DNA of 64,000 bases from an uncultured Gammaproteobacteria bacterium (GTDB lineage Bacteria; Pseudomonadota; Gammaproteobacteria; JAADHQ01). Within the stretch, counting starts at the first letter, position 1. Each line of letters opens with the position of its first letter. The position numbers and the translations under genes were made by a program. The stretch is taken from positions 3,294 to 67,293 of the forward strand of contig CAMYJD010000018.1 of NCBI GenBank assembly GCA_947258655.1, written 5' to 3'. The notes under the pieces are model-generated. The model was given only the letters and a program-made list of their open reading frames with translations, searched no databases and was not told the DNA's origin. Positions 9,590-18,839 of the stretch are shown piece after piece.

Positions 9590-9973
9590 TAAGACACGCT
9601 AAGATACGTCTCATAGCAGGCATTACACGCTCTGAGTGTCAGCCATACTCAATTTTAACCTGACCCGGATGTACATTACTGGCATCTGCCTAATAGCTCA
9701 AATATCTGAACAGCTACTCCAAGGTGTTTTGTAACGTTCATGTAACCATGTAGATTTACCGGTAATCCTGTTTTGCTCCTCCTCTTACATACAGGATCTA
9801 TGACTAATCGGTTTAGCTAAGACAATATTTTGGACAAAAATCGTTATGATTAGACCATGATGTGAGAAGAAAAATTAATGCTACGGGTAGCACTGGGGAG
9901 CACCGGCCAAATATCAAAATAAACTCACCGACAAGTAAGTTCGCTTTTATCTTTTTAATTCAGGGATTTAAAA

Positions 9974-10049
9974 TGGTGGCCAGGGACAGAATTGAACTGT
10001 CGACACGAGGATTTTCAGTCCACTGCTCTACCGACTGAGCTACCTGGCC
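9974..10049 (-). tRNA. tRNA-Phe (GAA)
   Basis: Reverse complement gives GGCCAGGTAGCTCAGTCGGTAGAGCAGTGGACTGAAAATCC...GTTCAATTCTGTCCCTGGCCACCA. Cloverleaf with GAA anticodon and encoded CCA. Confidence 0.9.
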
Positions 10050-10054
10050 TTAAT

Positions 10055-10110
10055 ATAGGGACGAGTTGCTAGTGGCGAGTAACTGGGAAAAGCCTGGCGC
10101 CAGTAGCAAG
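10055..10110. repeat. REP-like element of the 'GCTAGTGGCGAG' family
   Basis: 'gttgctagtggcgagtaactgg...gcgccagtagcaagg' imperfect inverted repeat. Related copies at 13181, 39791 and 43741. Confidence 0.5.
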
Positions 10111-10290
10111 GAGGCGTAATTAAACCGGGATAGGAGCCAGGAGTCAAGTAAAAACACGCTTTTTTGCAAGAAAAACATCTTTGAGAACACCATAAACCTA
10201 TGTTTACGCTCTGATTTTCAATATACCCTTGCTAATCCACCCTTGATAGCTACATGCGAATACTCTAGTGTGTCAGTTTTGGATACCGTT

Positions 10291-11367
10291 ATGAGCCTAG
10301 CGCGCACTGCCCCGCAGCAATACCAGCTGGTCGAAACCCGACTGCAGGAAAAGATCGACAATGGCACGACCCGTTGCCATCTGTGTCTGTGGCGCTGCAA
10401 GATCGGCCATGGACAACGCGGCTTTTGCCAGGCCCATGTGAACCGCAATGGCACGTTGTACAACCTCTCCTACGGCATACTGTCGGCCATCGATATCGGC
10501 CCGATCGAGGACAAGCCGGTTAAACATTTCCACCCGGGAACAAAGGTCATGTCGATCGGCAGTTATGGTTGCAATTTCCGCTGCGGCGGTTGCCATAACC
10601 TGGACATCTCATGGGGTGTCAGTGCCCTCGATGAACTGGCACAGGGCCAGTCCACAGCCGCGTATGTGACACCGGAACAACTGATCGACAGCGCCCTGCG
10701 CCACAAGGTCGATGGCATCGCCTTTACCTATTCGGAACCTGCGGTGTGGCTGGAGTATGTACTCGATGTGTCCGAGCTTGCTCATCGGGCCGGTCTGTAT
10801 ACGGTCTATGTCAGCAACAGTTTTGTTACCGATGAGGCCCTCGAACTGATGGCAGCGCATGTCGATGTGCTGTGCTCGGACATCAAGAGTATGAGCGATG
10901 CGTTCTACCAGGACATCTGCAAACCCGCTTCCGTCAACCAGGTGCTGGCATCGATAGAGAAAGCGCAACAACTGGGAATCCATGTCGAGACGCGCACCAA
11001 TATCATTCCGGGCAAGAATGACACTATCGAGGAACTGACCCAGATCGCGCAATGGATCCATGATCATCTCGGTGCCGACAGCCCGTGGCATATCACACGC
11101 TTCTTTCCGGCCTTCCAGTTATCCCACCTGCCTCAGACGCCGGCAGACATCATGCATGCGGCCCATGATGCAGCGCGCCAGGTCGGCCTGAGCAATGTAT
11201 ATGAGTATGCGGACAAGGGTTGTGATTGCGCCGAACAAAATCTGCCGGTCGATGCCTACCTTGACGCTGACCCCGATAGTATCCATGAGATCAAGAAATG
11301 TTCGGCCAGTTGTTGTGGTGACGAGGGGATCCTGTTGAAAAAATATGAGCAGGACAGGGACGCCTGA
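10291..11367 (+). CDS. radical SAM enzyme, PflA/AmmeMemoRadiSam (AmrS)-like
   Basis: 'GCNFRCGGCHN' CX3CX2C-type cluster plus N-terminal CxxC...C. Start chosen at MSLARTAP; the alternative is 10243. Confidence 0.55.
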   Translation: MSLARTAPQQYQLVETRLQEKIDNGTTRCHLCLWRCKIGHGQRGFCQAHVNRNGTLYNLSYGILSAIDIGPIEDKPVKHFHPGTKVMSIGSYGCNFRCGGCHNLDISWGVSALDELAQGQSTAAYVTPEQLIDSALRHKVDGIAFTYSEPAVWLEYVLDVSELAHRAGLYTVYVSNSFVTDEALELMAAHVDVLCSDIKSMSDAFYQDICKPASVNQVLASIEKAQQLGIHVETRTNIIPGKNDTIEELTQIAQWIHDHLGADSPWHITRFFPAFQLSHLPQTPADIMHAAHDAARQVGLSNVYEYADKGCDCAEQNLPVDAYLDADPDSIHEIKKCSASCCGDEGILLKKYEQDRDA

Positions 11368-11392
11368 GACTAGTTTTATAACACACCTTAAA

Positions 11393-11790
11393 GACGATTC
11401 AGCAGATTGCTTCACTCCCGTTCGCAATGACAAATTATATTTATGTCATCGCGAGGACAAAGGGCCATTCATTTAAAACATATATAAACGGCCGCCGCTT
11501 TTTGGGCGACGCGGCGATCTGTTCATGCAGGTATCCAGATATAAAACAAGCTGGATAAGGGATTTGAGCGATTGCTTCACTCCCGTTCGCAATGACAAAT
11601 TATTTTTGTGTCATCGCGAGGACAAAGGGCCATTCATTTAAAACATATATAAACGGCCGCCGCTTTTTGGGCGACGCGGCGATCTGTTCTTACAGGTATC
11701 CAGATATAAAATAAGCTGGATAAGGGTTTTGAGAGATTGCTTCACTCCCGTTCGCAATGACAGGTGGGTATGTTTATGTAGTCATAATCC
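11393..11790. repeat. 165-bp tandem repeat, 2.3 copies (~95% identity)
   Basis: Unit 'gattgcttcactcccgttcgcaatgaca...ctggataaggg' starts at 11405, 11570 and 11735. Each unit has a GC hairpin 'cgccgcttttt..gcggcg'. Confidence 0.75.
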
Positions 11791-11826
11791 CGGATGCACA
11801 CCATCTCTGATGGTTACAAGATGTAG

Positions 11827-12096
11827 CTAGATCTTCGGCGTAAACCCTGCCGGCATGTCGCTGTCACCTTCGAACAGGAATTGCTCCATCTGCTGTTCGA
11901 GAAATTTGCGATGCTCGGGATCGATCGGCGTCAGACGATACTCGTTCATCAATATGGTCTGCTGCTTGACCCACATGCTCCACGCCTCTTTTGAAATCGT
12001 ATCATAGATGCGTTGACCGAGTTCACCCGGATAGGGAGGGCGATCGAGGCCTTCCGCTTCCTTGTTCAGTTTTTGACAGTCGACCATGCGCGTCAT
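11827..12096 (-). CDS. yggX: Fe(2+)-trafficking / oxidative-damage protection protein YggX
   Basis: 'YPGELGQRIYDTISKEAW...FLFEG' conserved YggX signature. Follows mutY. Confidence 0.85.
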   Translation of the reverse strand: MTRMVDCQKLNKEAEGLDRPPYPGELGQRIYDTISKEAWSMWVKQQTILMNEYRLTPIDPEHRKFLEQQMEQFLFEGDSDMPAGFTPKI

Positions 12097-12107
12097 ACCG
12101 ATTTCCT

Positions 12108-13166
12108 TTATGCTGTTTTGTATTCATTGATGTAATGCCTGACCGATGCAGCCAGACCAAGCTTCTGTGTTGCGCTGCCGTTATACCAGATATAGCGCTG
12201 ATCATCCATTACCCTGTCAGGGTATGCCGATATATCAATGGTGCACGGATACACATTCAGGCGGTAATGACTGAAGGTATGCTGCCACGGAGACAGGGCC
12301 GACATGTGCTCAACCTGCATACCCCAACGTTCCTGACAGACCTGCTCGACCTGATCCAGTGATGGACATTCGGGCAGACTCCACAGGCCACCCCATATGC
12401 CGCTTGGTGGGCGCTTCTCGAGCAGGACATTATTATCCTGCTCTATCACCAACATGACCGTGTCGCGCACGGGCAGGGTTTGCCTGGCTTTGGGTGTCGG
12501 CAGCTCGGCAACCCGGTCTGCAGACAGGGCAACACAGTCCTGCGCGAGCGGACAGTGTTCACAATCCGGTCTGGAGCGCGTGCATAAGGTTGCCCCCAGA
12601 TCCATCATGGCCTGGTTATAGTCGGCGACACGCTCGGCAGGAGTCAACTCCTCCGCAATCGCCCACAGGTACTGCATGATCTTCGCATTACCGGTCCAGC
12701 CCGTTACTGCGCAGTGGCGCGCGAGCACACGCTTGACGTTGCCATCGAGAATGCTGTGATGTTGAGCGCGCGCCAGGGACAGGATCGCAGCGGCGGTAGA
12801 ACGCCCTATGCCGGGTAGCTCAATGACCTGCTCGATAGCCTGCGGGAAACGGCCCTTATGCTGCGCGACGATAAGTTGTGCGCTCTTGTGCAGATTGCGC
12901 GCACGGGCATAATAACCCAGTCCCGACCAGTGATGCAGCACCTCATCCAGATCTGCCTGCGCCAGCTGTTTCAGACTCGGGAAACGCTGCATGAAACGCC
13001 GGTAATACGGAATCACGGTATTGACCTGGGTCTGCTGCAACATGATTTCCGAAACCCAAACCCGGTAGGGTGTTGGATTTTTCTGCCATGGCAGGTCTTT
13101 GCGACCGTGGTGGTCGAACCAGTCAAGCACGCGCGAACTGAAAGAGGGTAATTGAGTATCTGGCAC
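12108..13166 (-). CDS. mutY: A/G-specific adenine DNA glycosylase MutY
   Basis: HhH-GPD and [4Fe-4S] Cys cluster (CTRSRPDCEHCPL). Classic mutY-yggX pairing. Confidence 0.9.
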   Translation of the reverse strand: MPDTQLPSFSSRVLDWFDHHGRKDLPWQKNPTPYRVWVSEIMLQQTQVNTVIPYYRRFMQRFPSLKQLAQADLDEVLHHWSGLGYYARARNLHKSAQLIVAQHKGRFPQAIEQVIELPGIGRSTAAAILSLARAQHHSILDGNVKRVLARHCAVTGWTGNAKIMQYLWAIAEELTPAERVADYNQAMMDLGATLCTRSRPDCEHCPLAQDCVALSADRVAELPTPKARQTLPVRDTVMLVIEQDNNVLLEKRPPSGIWGGLWSLPECPSLDQVEQVCQERWGMQVEHMSALSPWQHTFSHYRLNVYPCTIDISAYPDRVMDDQRYIWYNGSATQKLGLAASVRHYINEYKTA

Positions 13167-13180
13167 GTATTTACTGTCCT

Positions 13181-13297
13181 GGTCGGTAGCTAGTAGCGAG
13201 TGGCGAGTAGCTAGTAAATAACGGTGTTTTGATAATGTTTTCCTCGCTACTCGCCACTAGTAACTCGCTACTGATGTTCTCACGCGCGCGTGAGAAC
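13181..13297. repeat. REP-like 'TAGCTAGTAGCGAGTGGCGAG' inverted repeats plus 28-bp perfect palindrome gatgttctcacgcgcgcgtgagaacatc
   Basis: Seen directly in the sequence between the asmA stop and the mutY start. Confidence 0.6.
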
Positions 13298-13298
13298 A

Positions 13299-15266
13299 TC
13301 AAAAAAGACCCTTGAGCTTGTCCTTCAGCTTGTCGTCCAGTTTTTCATCAAGTTTCTTCTTGATCTTTTCCTCGACCTTCTTCTTGACCTTTTCCTTCAA
13401 CACTTCGTCCATCTCGACCTTGTATTTGAGTTTGGCAAACGGTCCCTGAATACGCACCGGGATCGTCCTGCCCTTCAGCTTGACCATCGCCTCGCCAGCA
13501 CTGTCGGCAAGTTTTTCATTGACGGTGGCCTTAACCAGATAATTCATGGCCTCTTTACCCAGATCGACCTGGCCTTCACCATTGACGACCAGTAACGGCG
13601 TATCCATTTTCATATCGCGATTATCGACGACACCATCCTTGACCGTAGCGGTTGCACTGATCGAAGTAAACGGGGTCTCCGCCGGCTCGGGTTCCGGTGC
13701 CGGCAGTCCCTTGATCAGGTTATAGGCCTGGCGGATCTTGTACGGTATGTTCACGCCCTTGATCTTGCCATCGGCAAAGGAAATACTGATATCCCCGCCC
13801 AGGCTGCTGCGGATCGCCGTCATTGTATTACCCCGGCCGCTTAATTTTGCGCTCAGGTCGCCCTGGCCGTCGATCCAGTCCAGATCGGCCAGGTCCTTGA
13901 ACAGTGGTGCGGCCTGGATGCCGTTCAACCTCTCGTTCATTGCAACCCTGAGTTCCTTGCCCCTGACATCAAGGCTGATATCACCGGCATAGGCACCGCC
14001 ATACATTTTCGCACTGGCGGGATGAATCCTGATCAAACCCTTGTTCGCGCTCAACGCCATACTGATCTGTTCTGAACGCAGGTTAGCTGCCTTCATGTTG
14101 TCGATTTTGAATTGGCCTTTGACATTCAGTGTGCGCAGCATCTCGACCGGCAACTCAATGCTGTCATCAGCGGGCGCTTGTTTATCAGCGTCTTGCTGTT
14201 GCTCCTGTACCGGCGGCAGGTAGCGGTCCACATCGATCTTATCGACATTCATATCGAAGCGGATGGCCGGGCTGCTGAAATTGGACACGCCCGCCTTGCC
14301 GCTGAGGCTGGTCTCGTCCAGGCGCACCAGCAGTTTACTGACATCGATACTGTCGCTCGTGCCCTTCATGACCAGTTCCAGCATGGCCTTGCCGAACACG
14401 GTCGCATCACTGGTGTTCGGCATATCGATCCCGAACTCGGCAAAGGTTTCACGCGGTACGAATTCCGTGCTTTTCAGGCTGGCATTGAATACTGGCGCTG
14501 TCATCATCTGCTCGATGCCGATTGCGCCTTGCAGGCGGATATTGGCCAAATCGATACTCAGCTTGTCGAAGCGACAGCTTTCTTTCTGCATATCCATTTG
14601 CACGAGGCTGTCCAATCCAAAGTGCCAGCTCTTGTCGGCCTTGTTGTCCTGCAAGTCAAATCCCAGGCTGACATCGACCGGCTTGTCTGCGCCGATGGCA
14701 CCACTTTCAAGTTGCACATTCGCCAGTGTATAGGCAATCCCGGCCTGATCATCCTTCCACGACAGGCGCGCATCCTTGATGCGTATACCGCCGATCTGCA
14801 ATGACTCCAGCCCCATCTCATGCTTTTCGGGCTCTTCCTCTTGGCGTGGCGTTTCCGCTTCCTCTTTGACGAGGTCATCCCAGTTGCTGACGCCGCGCTT
14901 GTTCCTGGCCAGATTCAGGCTCATGCCATCGAGCGTGACCGCATCCATTTGCACGGATTTCTTCAATAATGGCAGCACTTTGACCTTGAGGTTTATCTGC
15001 TCGAATTGTGCAAACGGCTGCTCGCCAAATCCTTGCGCGTTACTGAGCGTCGTTTCGCCGATACTCAGCCCCACCCACGGGAAGAAAGACAGTGACAGGT
15101 CACCCTTGATCTGTAATTCACGCCCGGTTTCCTTGTTAACGAAGGCGCTGATTTTATCCCTGTATTCATTGGTATCGATCAGCATTGTGGCGGCGACAAT
15201 GGCCAGCACCAGCAAGATCACTACAACTCCAATCATAACTCCTGTTATTTTCAGTATTTTCTTCAT
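13299..15266 (-). CDS. asmA: AsmA family outer-membrane assembly protein
   Basis: N-terminal TM anchor, AsmA-like length and composition, K/E-rich C-terminal tail. Adjacent to mutY as in many Proteobacteria. Confidence 0.75.
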   Translation of the reverse strand: MKKILKITGVMIGVVVILLVLAIVAATMLIDTNEYRDKISAFVNKETGRELQIKGDLSLSFFPWVGLSIGETTLSNAQGFGEQPFAQFEQINLKVKVLPLLKKSVQMDAVTLDGMSLNLARNKRGVSNWDDLVKEEAETPRQEEEPEKHEMGLESLQIGGIRIKDARLSWKDDQAGIAYTLANVQLESGAIGADKPVDVSLGFDLQDNKADKSWHFGLDSLVQMDMQKESCRFDKLSIDLANIRLQGAIGIEQMMTAPVFNASLKSTEFVPRETFAEFGIDMPNTSDATVFGKAMLELVMKGTSDSIDVSKLLVRLDETSLSGKAGVSNFSSPAIRFDMNVDKIDVDRYLPPVQEQQQDADKQAPADDSIELPVEMLRTLNVKGQFKIDNMKAANLRSEQISMALSANKGLIRIHPASAKMYGGAYAGDISLDVRGKELRVAMNERLNGIQAAPLFKDLADLDWIDGQGDLSAKLSGRGNTMTAIRSSLGGDISISFADGKIKGVNIPYKIRQAYNLIKGLPAPEPEPAETPFTSISATATVKDGVVDNRDMKMDTPLLVVNGEGQVDLGKEAMNYLVKATVNEKLADSAGEAMVKLKGRTIPVRIQGPFAKLKYKVEMDEVLKEKVKKKVEEKIKKKLDEKLDDKLKDKLKGLF

Positions 15267-15637
15267 TGGTGCGTCCTATCCTTTATATCAGCAAATTAAT
15301 AATTACTAACCTTTTTCCGCGCATACCTGGCAAGATATTACAGTAATCTTTCCTGTTTATTTCGACTGGCGAAAAATGAAAATCTGACTACGATTAAATA
15401 AGGACATTTGTATCTTCAAGATCCTTGACTCGTATGTAGCCACCATATTTATATATTAGTTGATTAATATCAATGAAAACTATGCCCAACTGTATAACAT
15501 CGTAAAATATTCATTATGCGGGACGCACATTTCCACCATATAAAAGATCCCGCAATAAAACAGCAGCACCTTGAATCAAGGTCTGTACCTTAACCGGGCA
15601 AGTCTGTATTTGTGCCCCTGATCTATGGAGGATTCGC

Positions 15638-16126
15638 ATGAATCAATACTGTGTTGTAGTTGCCAATGGAAAAAAAGCGCGTTTCTTTACCCTCAAAAAC
15701 CCCGAAAAGCCTGAACTCGAATCCGGACCCAACCTCGTCAAACATAAAGACCTCTGCAGCGACGAACTGAGCATGCACAATGAAGAGCTGTGGAGTGAAA
15801 ACAAAAGCGGTGGCAACCGTGGCCACGGCGGACAATCCCATGGTTATGATGACCATCGCGCACAGCATGAGAACGATGTTGAGCGGCGATTTGCCAACTC
15901 CATCGCCGATGAATGCAAGCGTATTAGCCATAACAAACGTACCAATGTCGTGCTGGTGTCACAAAAACGTATGCTCGGCCACCTCCGCAACGCCATCGAC
16001 TCCCGCGTACATGGCGTCCATACCCATGAACTGGCCAAGGACCTGATCAAACTGAGCCCGCTAGACCTGCACAAGCATCTGGCCAGGGAGAAACTGATAC
16101 CTGAACGGCGCAACCCGGCCATTTGA
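15638..16126 (+). CDS. host-attachment protein family (PF10116-like) protein
   Basis: N-terminal 'VVVANGKKARFF' motif typical of this family. Followed by a terminator hairpin. Confidence 0.45.
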   Translation: MNQYCVVVANGKKARFFTLKNPEKPELESGPNLVKHKDLCSDELSMHNEELWSENKSGGNRGHGGQSHGYDDHRAQHENDVERRFANSIADECKRISHNKRTNVVLVSQKRMLGHLRNAIDSRVHGVHTHELAKDLIKLSPLDLHKHLAREKLIPERRNPAI

Positions 16127-16150
16127 GCGTATCCACGTTAGATGACGCAG

Positions 16151-16175
16151 ACGCCCCAATTTGGGGCGTTTTTTA
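16151..16175 (+). terminator. rho-independent terminator
   Basis: acgccccaatttggggcgt followed by TTTTTT. Confidence 0.7.
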
Positions 16176-16259
16176 CTGAAATTAAGATTTGACTAATATA
16201 CTTCAGCTATACTATACTTAATTGCTCAAGTATTTCCTGTAATGTTTGGAGGCAATCCG

Positions 16260-16550
16260 ATGGATTTAAATGTTGATGGCGAAGGTTTTCTGGTTGACCG
16301 TGACGACTGGAGTGAAGATGTAGCGCGTGAACTGGCCAGTCGCGATGGCATGGAAGTAACCGACCAGATCATGGGATTCATCAACGAGGCGCGCAAAATG
16401 TACGATGAAAACGGTGTTGTTCCTCCGATCCGCAAGTTTTCCAAGGAAATGAAGGTCTCTACCAAGGATCTGTACGATATTTTCCAGAAGGGTCCGATGA
16501 AACTTATTTGCAAATGGGGCGGACTGCCCAAGCCAACCGGCTGCGTATAA
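16260..16550 (+). CDS. TusE/DsrC/DsvC family sulfur-relay protein
   Basis: C-terminal 'ICKWGGLPKPTGCV' with the conserved Cys pair. GGAGG RBS 8 nt upstream of the ATG. Confidence 0.75.
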   Translation: MDLNVDGEGFLVDRDDWSEDVARELASRDGMEVTDQIMGFINEARKMYDENGVVPPIRKFSKEMKVSTKDLYDIFQKGPMKLICKWGGLPKPTGCV

Positions 16551-16567
16551 GTCTCGCTCCATTGCCT

Positions 16568-16598
16568 GCGGCCTGCACATTGTGCAGGCCGTTTTTTT
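16568..16598 (+). terminator. rho-independent terminator
   Basis: gcggcctgcacattgtgcaggccg followed by TTTTTTT. Confidence 0.75.
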
Positions 16599-16698
16599 AT
16601 TCGCTATTTGCCCTGCCCGCATGCAATCTGCATGTCCATGTTAGTCATAATCAGGTAAAATTGCCGCTGTTTAGCCCATATTAATTCTGGACCATGAC

Positions 16699-17754
16699 AT
16701 GAATAGCAAAGCTGATTTTGAACAAAACCGGGCTGTTGCCATCTGGCTGCTCGCGGTCTGCACGCTTATATTCAGCATGGTTGTTCTAGGCGGGGTCACA
16801 CGCCTGACCAACTCCGGCCTTTCAATGGTTGAATGGGAACCCGTGATGGGCATTATCCCGCCATTGAATAACAGTGAATGGCAGGAAACCTTTGCCAAAT
16901 ACAAGCAGTCTCCGGAATACCTGAAAGTCAATCTGGGTATGAGTCTTGACCAGTTCAAAAGGATTTTTTATTTCGAATATGGACATCGTGTCCTCGGTCG
17001 ATTGATAGGCCTGGCCTTCCTGCTCCCGTTCCTTTACTTCCTGATGCGCAAAAAGATCTCAACTCCGATGATCCCGAAGATGATCGCGATGTTTATCCTT
17101 GGGGGCCTGCAGGGTGTACTAGGCTGGTATATGGTAAAAAGCGGGCTCGTCCATGACCCCCATGTCAGCCAATACCGGCTAACCGCTCACCTGTTGGCGG
17201 CGATTATTATCTACAGCTACATCCTCTGGGTAGCCATGGGAATGCTATGGGACAACAGGGCAAACACCGACATTGACGGGGTAACGCGCTTGCGCCGGTT
17301 TTCACTGACCATTACCGTGTTGATTGTGGTCATGATTATCTCGGGCGGTTTCGTCGCCGGCACCCGCGCTGGCCTGGCCTTTAATACATTTCCGTTGATG
17401 AACGGGCAACTGGTTCCTGACGGCCTGTTTTCACTAAGCCCGTTATATATGAACTTTTTTGAAAATCTGCTTACTATACAGTTCAACCACCGCTTGATTG
17501 CGCTGGTGCTATTTATTTCAATACCAATTTTCTGGTATTTTGTACAAAAGAGCGCATTACAGACACGTACCCGCATCATTGCCCACCTACTGATGCTGAT
17601 ACTGGGCGTGCAGGTCGGTCTCGGAATATCGACGCTGTTATTCCATGTGCCTGTGGCACTGGCGGCGACACACCAAGCCGGGGCCCTGGTACTACTGACC
17701 CTGTCGCTGTTACTGAATCACGATCTGCGCAAGGCCCCACGCACAGTGACTTGA
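16699..17754 (+). CDS. ctaA: heme A synthase (COX15/CtaA)
   Basis: Multi-TM protein with conserved His pairs. COX15 family similarity ('FEYGHRVLGRL'). Confidence 0.8.
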   Translation: MNSKADFEQNRAVAIWLLAVCTLIFSMVVLGGVTRLTNSGLSMVEWEPVMGIIPPLNNSEWQETFAKYKQSPEYLKVNLGMSLDQFKRIFYFEYGHRVLGRLIGLAFLLPFLYFLMRKKISTPMIPKMIAMFILGGLQGVLGWYMVKSGLVHDPHVSQYRLTAHLLAAIIIYSYILWVAMGMLWDNRANTDIDGVTRLRRFSLTITVLIVVMIISGGFVAGTRAGLAFNTFPLMNGQLVPDGLFSLSPLYMNFFENLLTIQFNHRLIALVLFISIPIFWYFVQKSALQTRTRIIAHLLMLILGVQVGLGISTLLFHVPVALAATHQAGALVLLTLSLLLNHDLRKAPRTVT

Positions 17755-17829
17755 TCCGCAGCTAAATAGAGACTAGATTGATTAGTAATGGCGAAACGCG
17801 CAGCGACAGCTCATCGCCCGGAGCATTGC

Positions 17830-18831
17830 ATGAATAAACAGAACACAGCAAGACCCGTACTCACCGACCCGTTTGGCCGGCGCATTGAATATATTCGCCT
17901 GTCGGTCACGGACCGCTGTGACCTGCGTTGCTTCTATTGTATGCCCGAAGGTTACCGCGATTTCGAAGTGCCGGAGCACTGGCTCAGCTTTGCTGAAATC
18001 GAGCGCGTCGTTGGTGCATTTGCGGCCCTTGGCACACAGCGTCTACGGATTACCGGTGGTGAACCGCTGGTACGAAAAGATCTACCGCAGCTGATCAATA
18101 GACTGAACGGGCTAGAAGGTATCGCTGACCTGTCACTGTCAACCAATGCCACGCGCCTGGGCAAGTATGCGCAGCCGCTGTATGATGCCGGCATCTCGCG
18201 CATCAATGTCAGCCTCGACACGCTGAAGCCGGAACGTTTCAAGCAGATCACCGGCGGTAAACTGGACAAGGTCATGACCGGGCTGATGGCCGCGAAACAG
18301 GCCGGCTTCAGCCCGATTAAGATCAACATGGTCGCAATGCAAGGCGTCAATGATGATGAAATCGAGGACATGGTGGAATTCTGTATTGAGCATGGTTTCA
18401 CATTACGCTTTATCGAAACCATGCCCATGGGCGATACCGGCCGACGCGCCAGTGAAAACTACCTGGATCTGAAACAGGTCAAACAACGCCTTGCCGATCG
18501 TTATGAACTGATCCCCGGCACAATGCCCGGTGGCGGTCCGGCACGCTATGTACAGGTAGCCGGCACCGATCTGCGCATCGGCTTTATTACGCCGATATCC
18601 CAGCATTTCTGCGAGACCTGCAACCGCGTACGCCTGTCAGTGGATGGTACGCTGTATATGTGCCTGGGCCAGGATCATAAGTTTGAATTACGCTCGCTGT
18701 TGAGGGCCGGTATCAGCGACGAGGAGCTGCAAGATGCGATTCAACATGCCATCACGCTGAAACCCGAACGTCACGAATTCACCGACAAACCACAACAGAC
18801 TGTGCGCTTCATGTCGATGACCGGCGGCTAG
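17830..18831 (+). CDS. moaA: GTP 3',8-cyclase MoaA
   Basis: 'RLSVTDRCDLRCFYCMP' radical SAM motif and C-terminal MoaA Cys cluster. GGAG RBS before the internal ATG. Confidence 0.9.
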   Translation: MNKQNTARPVLTDPFGRRIEYIRLSVTDRCDLRCFYCMPEGYRDFEVPEHWLSFAEIERVVGAFAALGTQRLRITGGEPLVRKDLPQLINRLNGLEGIADLSLSTNATRLGKYAQPLYDAGISRINVSLDTLKPERFKQITGGKLDKVMTGLMAAKQAGFSPIKINMVAMQGVNDDEIEDMVEFCIEHGFTLRFIETMPMGDTGRRASENYLDLKQVKQRLADRYELIPGTMPGGGPARYVQVAGTDLRIGFITPISQHFCETCNRVRLSVDGTLYMCLGQDHKFELRSLLRAGISDEELQDAIQHAITLKPERHEFTDKPQQTVRFMSMTGG

Positions 18832-18839
18832 CATCGCCG

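Noticed and set aside
11393-11790. Considered whether the 165-bp periodic repeats are a CRISPR array
   Set aside because: The units are near-identical along their full length, with no unique spacers alternating with short repeats. The period of 165 bp is far too long, and no cas genes are nearby.
13269-13296. 28-bp perfect palindrome gatgttctcacgcgcgcgtgagaacatc as intrinsic terminator of asmA
   Set aside because: There is no U-tract on the correct side for either strand, and the A-run overlaps the asmA stop codon region. It was kept only as part of the REP-like repeat feature, possibly a protein-binding site.
14112-14804. 230-aa plus-strand ORF and several others (14263-14733, 14776-15309) inside asmA
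   Set aside because: They are antisense or shadow ORFs within a well-supported 655-aa AsmA coding region and have no recognisable motifs. The same reasoning applies to ORFs embedded in mutY, rpoD, dnaG, the RND permease and the sensor kinases.
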